From: an uncultured Gemmatimonadaceae bacterium
GTDB lineage: Bacteria; Gemmatimonadota; Gemmatimonadetes; Gemmatimonadales; GWC2-71-9
DNA: 64,000 nt
Direction: 5' to 3'
Assembly: GCA_964578865.1 (NCBI GenBank)
Contig: CAZOES010000007.1
Coordinates: 16,169-80,168 of the forward strand
Both the position numbers and the translations under genes were made by a program. Positions 59,861 to 64,000 of this stretch are shown piece by piece; positions within the stretch are counted from its first letter, which is position 1; each line of letters opens with the position of its first letter. The notes beneath the pieces were generated by a model. It saw only the letters and a program-made list of their open reading frames with translations. It did not search any database and was not told the DNA's origin.

Positions 59861-62800
59861 CTACCCAATCTTCCCCTTGATCGCCGCCAGGCGGGCCCGG
59901 GCTTCCTTCACGGCGGGCTGCAGTTCCGAATCGGCACTCTCCCACAGCTCGATGAACCGGGCGTACTGCTCCGCCGCCTTCGGTAAGTCGCCCTTCGATT
60001 CGTACAATTCGGCCAGCCGTTCGTGACTTCGGGCCCGCCAGCTCATTCCCGGGAACGGGTTGGGCTGGGGGAAGTCCACGAAGACCTGGTAGTGGGCGAT
60101 GGCCGAGTCAGGCTGGCCGGCCCCGTCAAAGGCGCGGGCAAGGAACAGTTCGGTGTAGCGCTGGCGCACCGCGAAGCGCGAGTAGGCTTCGCGGATCAGG
60201 GCGATGCCATCGTTCCAGCGCTTCTCGGTGAAAGCGACATGGGCCTGGAAGTAGGCTCGACTGCCGATGGAATCCGCCACGTTGTTGCGCTGATCCCGTT
60301 CCCAGCCCTGGGCCGCCTGACGGGCCAGCGCGGGATCCTGAAGGATCAGGGCAAGTTGGGCCAACCCCTCATAGGGGCGGTCGCTGGCCGGCATCTCCGC
60401 CAGCGGGGTTCGGCTGAGACCGCGTTCGAATGTCGCGCGGGCAACCGTCGGGTTGGCGGTGTACTGGGCCTGCATCAACGCGGAATCGACCGCGAACTGC
60501 AGCCGCGAGCCGGCTGAAGGGTCGATCCGGAGTACGGCTTGATCGGCGATGATGGTCCACCGCAATGCCTCAGCCACTTTCCCGCGCAGTTCGGCGGTGA
60601 CCGCCTGGGCTCCCGCGCTTCGGACCTGCTGGCGCGGGGTCTTGGCATTCGACTGGATGCTCCGGGCAATGGAGTCGGCTCCGGCAATGTTGCCCTGGCC
60701 CCAGGCGGCGTACCAATCGGCTTCCCAGATGTCGTTACTGTTAGGCAGCGTAGCCCGGAAACCGGCGGCGGTCGAGTCCAGGGTGGCCCCCGAGCGGCGG
60801 TTCATGATCTGGGTAGTGATCAGATTGGTGAAGGCCCCACCAAAAGTCCGCGGGAGGGTGGTTACCCGGCGATACATCTCCTCGGCTTTGAGGTACTCCC
60901 GCTTGTCACCATAGACCACCGCGGCGTTGTTGAGCGCGGAAATACTGGTCGAGTCGATCCGCAGCGCATCCTCGTAGGCCCCGATCGCCTTGTCCCGATC
61001 GGGGCTGGGGCCGCGGGTGAAGTAGTAGCCCTCGGTGAGCAGCCGCTCCATTTCAGTGAGCCGGTTCCGATGGCGGTACGCGATGGAGATGGCGTTCAAG
61101 GCGCGCGGACGGTCCCGGTCTTCGTTGCCCAGCAGCACCGCGATCTTGCGCCAGGCCATGGCGAACCCGGAATCGAGGGTCACCGCTTCCTGCAGCAAGG
61201 CCAGGCCCCGGTCGCTATCGCCACCCTCATCGGCAATCTTCGACCCTTCCACATACTTCCGCAGGGCGGGCAGGGAAGGAGTGGTGACCCGCTCCAGCTC
61301 GTTGCTGGCCTGGATGGTTTTGAGCGACTCGCCGGCTTTCTCCCGCACCGCGCGAGAGAGCTTGCCTATGGCGCCGATCAGGCCGTCTTCGCTCGAGGCG
61401 GTTTCCCGGAAGGCCGCGAGTTCCGATCCGTCCAGCGCGTTGACCAGCCGAGCCGAGACCACGTAGGACTGTCCCAGCTTGACGATCGCGCCGTCCAGTA
61501 CCGCCTTGGCGCCTTCGCGGGTTGCGATTTCTCGGGCGAGTTCGAACGGAACAATGCTCTCAGCCGGCCGTCGCATCAGGACCAGAATGTCCCGCACGTT
61601 GGCGCGGGTGAGGACCTTGAGCGACGACGACTGGGCCAGATCGGTGCGCAGTGCCTCGGCGACGGTGCTGCCGAGAGTAGAGTCGGGAGGGGGGCCCTGA
61701 AAGTCGGCGACCAGAATGGTTTCCTGGGCCCCGAATGCGCCTTTACCGCGGAGCGAGCCCATGGGGCCGATGCCGAGTGCCCGGAGCACCATGAAGCCGA
61801 CGACGAGTGCGACGAAGGCACTGACGGCGATGGCCCCGCCCATCCAGGTGCGACGCCAGGAGACGTGCGGACTGACCTTTACCGCCAGCGTCGCGAGGGT
61901 GCCTTGCGCCGAGGGAGTTCCGCCCGGCGTCATCTGCGGGGTCGCGGTGAAGACTCGATGGGTGGTGCGCTGCACATAGGCGGTGATGCCGATGATCGGC
62001 AGGCCCGCCAGCATCACGCCGAGCGAACCGGGAAGGGCCCAGTCGGGAAGACCGATCGCTTCCCTCGCGGCCCAGGCGGTGAGCGTGACCAGTGCGGTGG
62101 CGCCGGCCCAGATCGCGATGGCTCGGCCCAGCCGGATCCGGCCGCCGTGAAGCACGGCAGGCACTGCCGCCGCACTGCCGCTGGTGGTGACCGTCTCGAG
62201 GATGCGGGCCATCTCGCTGGCCTGCTGGGGCCGGCCGGCCGGATCTTTGGCGAGACACTGCATCACCAGATCGGCCAGCGCCGGCGGAGTATCGGGTCGC
62301 AGGGTCCGGATATCACGCGGCGGCTCACCGAGATGAGCCGCCAGCATTTTCGATGGATTGGTGGCGGTGAAGGGCGGCTGTCCAGTGAGAAGCTCGTAGG
62401 CCATAGCGCCGAAGGAGTAAATGTCGGCGCGATGATCGGTGTCGGGATCGCCCAGCGCCTGTTCCGGCGCCATGTAGGTCGGCGTGCCAATCGAGGTGCC
62501 GGCCTGGGTGAGCGTCATGTTGCTGCCGCTCCCGGTAGTCCGCGCCACGGTGATCGCCTTGGCGATCCCGAAGTCGGTGACGGTAGCGCTTCCGGCCGAG
62601 AGCAGGACGTTATCGGGCTTGATGTCGCGATGGACGATGCTGTGACTGTGGGCATAGGCCAGAGCCCGGGCCACGTCCCGCAGGATGCTCACCGCCTCGC
62701 CGATCCCGACCGGGCCCTTCTCCAGCCGGCGACGGAGACTGTCGCCCTCGACATAGGGCATGGTGAACCAGGGGAGCCCCTCGGTTTCACCAGTGGTGAG

Positions 62801-63034
62801 GACAGGCACGACGTGGGGATGCTGCAGCTTGGCAGCCATCAGCACTTCGCGGCGGAATCGCTCCACCGAGATGCCGGCGAGCAGTTCTGGCGCGAGGACT
62901 TTGATGACGACGTGACGGCGGAGGGCTTCTTCGGTGGCGAGGTAGGTGCGGGACATTCCCCCGCCGCCCAGCTCCCGCTCGATGACATAACCGGAACCGA
63001 GCGCCCGCTCGAGACGGGCACGCAGGTCGTTCAT
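59861..63034 (-). CDS. Serine/threonine protein kinase with TM segments and large C-terminal TPR-like sensor region
   Basis: Hanks kinase motifs VIKVL, HRDIKPDNVLL, DFGIAK and GTPTYMAPE. Three hydrophobic segments follow the kinase domain. The long helical-repeat C-terminus contains A..YE.ALR.D blocks. Confidence 0.9.
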   Translation of the reverse strand: MNDLRARLERALGSGYVIERELGGGGMSRTYLATEEALRRHVVIKVLAPELLAGISVERFRREVLMAAKLQHPHVVPVLTTGETEGLPWFTMPYVEGDSLRRRLEKGPVGIGEAVSILRDVARALAYAHSHSIVHRDIKPDNVLLSAGSATVTDFGIAKAITVARTTGSGSNMTLTQAGTSIGTPTYMAPEQALGDPDTDHRADIYSFGAMAYELLTGQPPFTATNPSKMLAAHLGEPPRDIRTLRPDTPPALADLVMQCLAKDPAGRPQQASEMARILETVTTSGSAAAVPAVLHGGRIRLGRAIAIWAGATALVTLTAWAAREAIGLPDWALPGSLGVMLAGLPIIGITAYVQRTTHRVFTATPQMTPGGTPSAQGTLATLAVKVSPHVSWRRTWMGGAIAVSAFVALVVGFMVLRALGIGPMGSLRGKGAFGAQETILVADFQGPPPDSTLGSTVAEALRTDLAQSSSLKVLTRANVRDILVLMRRPAESIVPFELAREIATREGAKAVLDGAIVKLGQSYVVSARLVNALDGSELAAFRETASSEDGLIGAIGKLSRAVREKAGESLKTIQASNELERVTTPSLPALRKYVEGSKIADEGGDSDRGLALLQEAVTLDSGFAMAWRKIAVLLGNEDRDRPRALNAISIAYRHRNRLTEMERLLTEGYYFTRGPSPDRDKAIGAYEDALRIDSTSISALNNAAVVYGDKREYLKAEEMYRRVTTLPRTFGGAFTNLITTQIMNRRSGATLDSTAAGFRATLPNSNDIWEADWYAAWGQGNIAGADSIARSIQSNAKTPRQQVRSAGAQAVTAELRGKVAEALRWTIIADQAVLRIDPSAGSRLQFAVDSALMQAQYTANPTVARATFERGLSRTPLAEMPASDRPYEGLAQLALILQDPALARQAAQGWERDQRNNVADSIGSRAYFQAHVAFTEKRWNDGIALIREAYSRFAVRQRYTELFLARAFDGAGQPDSAIAHYQVFVDFPQPNPFPGMSWRARSHERLAELYESKGDLPKAAEQYARFIELWESADSELQPAVKEARARLAAIKGKIG

Positions 63035-63233
63035 TCAGATCCTCGAGGGGTGCGGTATGGAGGTGCGGACCGGGAGGAATCTAAGGTTCCGCGGGTTCAC
63101 CGCAAATTTGCCCAGGGGGGCCATGCGACCTTCGACCCCCCGACACTAAAGGATCATAGACCCGAGCTGTACCCTGTCCAACATTGGTGCACCTTCGGCA
63201 GGCTCAACTCGCACTTCTCTCGACGAGGCACCC

Positions 63234-64000
63234 ATGTCCCCTGATACGCTTACTCGCGCTGCGCCTTCAACCCAGAAGGACACCGCCATCCGGCCGTTTA
63301 CCTACAAGGCGTCAGACGCCGAGCTCGAGGAGCTGAAAAACCGTATCTCGGCAGCCCGCTGGCCGGAAAAGGAGACGGTCGCAGACGACACCCAGGGCGT
63401 CCAGCTCGCCACCATTCAGAAACTGGCCAAGTACTGGGCGACTCAGCACGACTGGCGTAAAGTCGAGGCGAAGCTGTTCTCCTATCCCCACTTCGTCACC
63501 GAGATCGACGGGCTGGACATTCACTTCATGCATATTCGGTCGAAGCATGAGAATGCGTTGCCGCTCATCGTCACCCACGGGTGGCCGGGGTCGATCATCG
63601 AGCAGCTCAAGATCATCGACCCGCTGACCGATCCGACGGCCCATGGCGGGACCGCAGACCAGGCCTTTCATGTGGTGATCCCCTCAATGCCCGGCTACGG
63701 CTTCTCCGGCAAACCCACCACGCCCGGCTGGACCCCCGAACGTATTGCCAAGGCCAACCACACCCTGATGCAGCGACTGGGATACCAGGGTTACGTGGCC
63801 CAGGGCGGCGATTGGGGCGCCCTCATCGTTGACCAGATGGGAGTGCAGGCACCCAAGGGGCTGCTCGGGATCGCGACCAACATGGCCTGTGCGATTCCGC
63901 CCGAGATCGATGCGGCGGCGTTTGCCGGTCGACCGGCGCCGGCCGGGCTGGACGACGAGGAGAAGTATTCCTTCGAGCACGTCTCCTTCTTCTACCAGAA
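63234..64000 (+). CDS. Epoxide hydrolase (N-terminal EHN domain + alpha/beta fold), 3' end cut by window edge
   Basis: Not in the ORF track because there is no stop codon in the window. My translation from ATG 63234: MSPDTLTRAAPSTQKDTAIRPFTYKASDAELEELKNRISAARWPEKE...IHFMHIRSKHENALPLIVTHGWPGSIIE...GYVAQGGDWGA. Confidence 0.8.
   Translation, partial: MSPDTLTRAAPSTQKDTAIRPFTYKASDAELEELKNRISAARWPEKETVADDTQGVQLATIQKLAKYWATQHDWRKVEAKLFSYPHFVTEIDGLDIHFMHIRSKHENALPLIVTHGWPGSIIEQLKIIDPLTDPTAHGGTADQAFHVVIPSMPGYGFSGKPTTPGWTPERIAKANHTLMQRLGYQGYVAQGGDWGALIVDQMGVQAPKGLLGIATNMACAIPPEIDAAAFAGRPAPAGLDDEEKYSFEHVSFFYQ

Noticed and set aside
60539-63244. 901-aa + strand ORF, the longest ORF on that strand.
   Set aside because: It is entirely antisense to the Ser/Thr kinase gene, which has unmistakable Hanks motifs. 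The translation is a G/R/D/H-rich low-complexity sequence with no recognisable domain.

Overview
High-GC bacterial chromosomal segment. By eye it is well above 60% G+C, apart from a few short AT-rich intergenic islands. Gene content suggests a Gemmatimonadota- or Acidobacteriota-like soil or sediment bacterium, but that is inference only. I can support about 57 protein-coding genes. They are tightly packed, with many 4-nt ATGA/GTGA start-stop overlaps and near-zero convergent gaps. I recognised no rRNA, tRNA, CRISPR array, transposase, integrase or phage genes. The ORF track uses ATG, GTG and TTG as starts and reports maximal ORFs. Several starts are therefore moved downstream to the first start codon with a GGAGG-type ribosome-binding site or a signal peptide. 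Many long ORFs are antisense shadows typical of high-GC DNA.

Themes:
- 1-12 kb holds ion and osmolyte homeostasis genes: an NhaP-like antiporter, two MscS channels, a ClC channel, a CPA2 antiporter and a fused OtsA-OtsB.
- Secreted peptidases and hydrolases include M16, M13, CocE/NonD, several alpha/beta hydrolases and an MBL-fold enzyme.
- Oxidative-stress genes include a peroxiredoxin, DsbA-like protein, MsrA, Ohr and a Trx-like CxxW protein.
- Signalling genes include an ethylene-binding-domain-like histidine kinase, a propeller histidine kinase, one canonical and two atypical FixJ/NarL regulators, and a giant Ser/Thr kinase.

The standout is a four-gene minus-strand operon at 33261-39902. 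It encodes a lipoprotein multiheme cytochrome, a NapC/NirT-headed cytochrome with about 20 hemes, a porin-like beta-barrel and a 16-heme cytochrome, 45 heme-binding motifs in total. It looks like a non-canonical, self-contained trans-envelope electron conduit.

Other notable signals:
- A 15-nt palindrome-containing motif occurs three times upstream of start codons.
- A low-GC GxxExxY cassette is bracketed by about 25-nt repeats.
- A 20-bp-stem intergenic hairpin is flanked by heptamer repeats.
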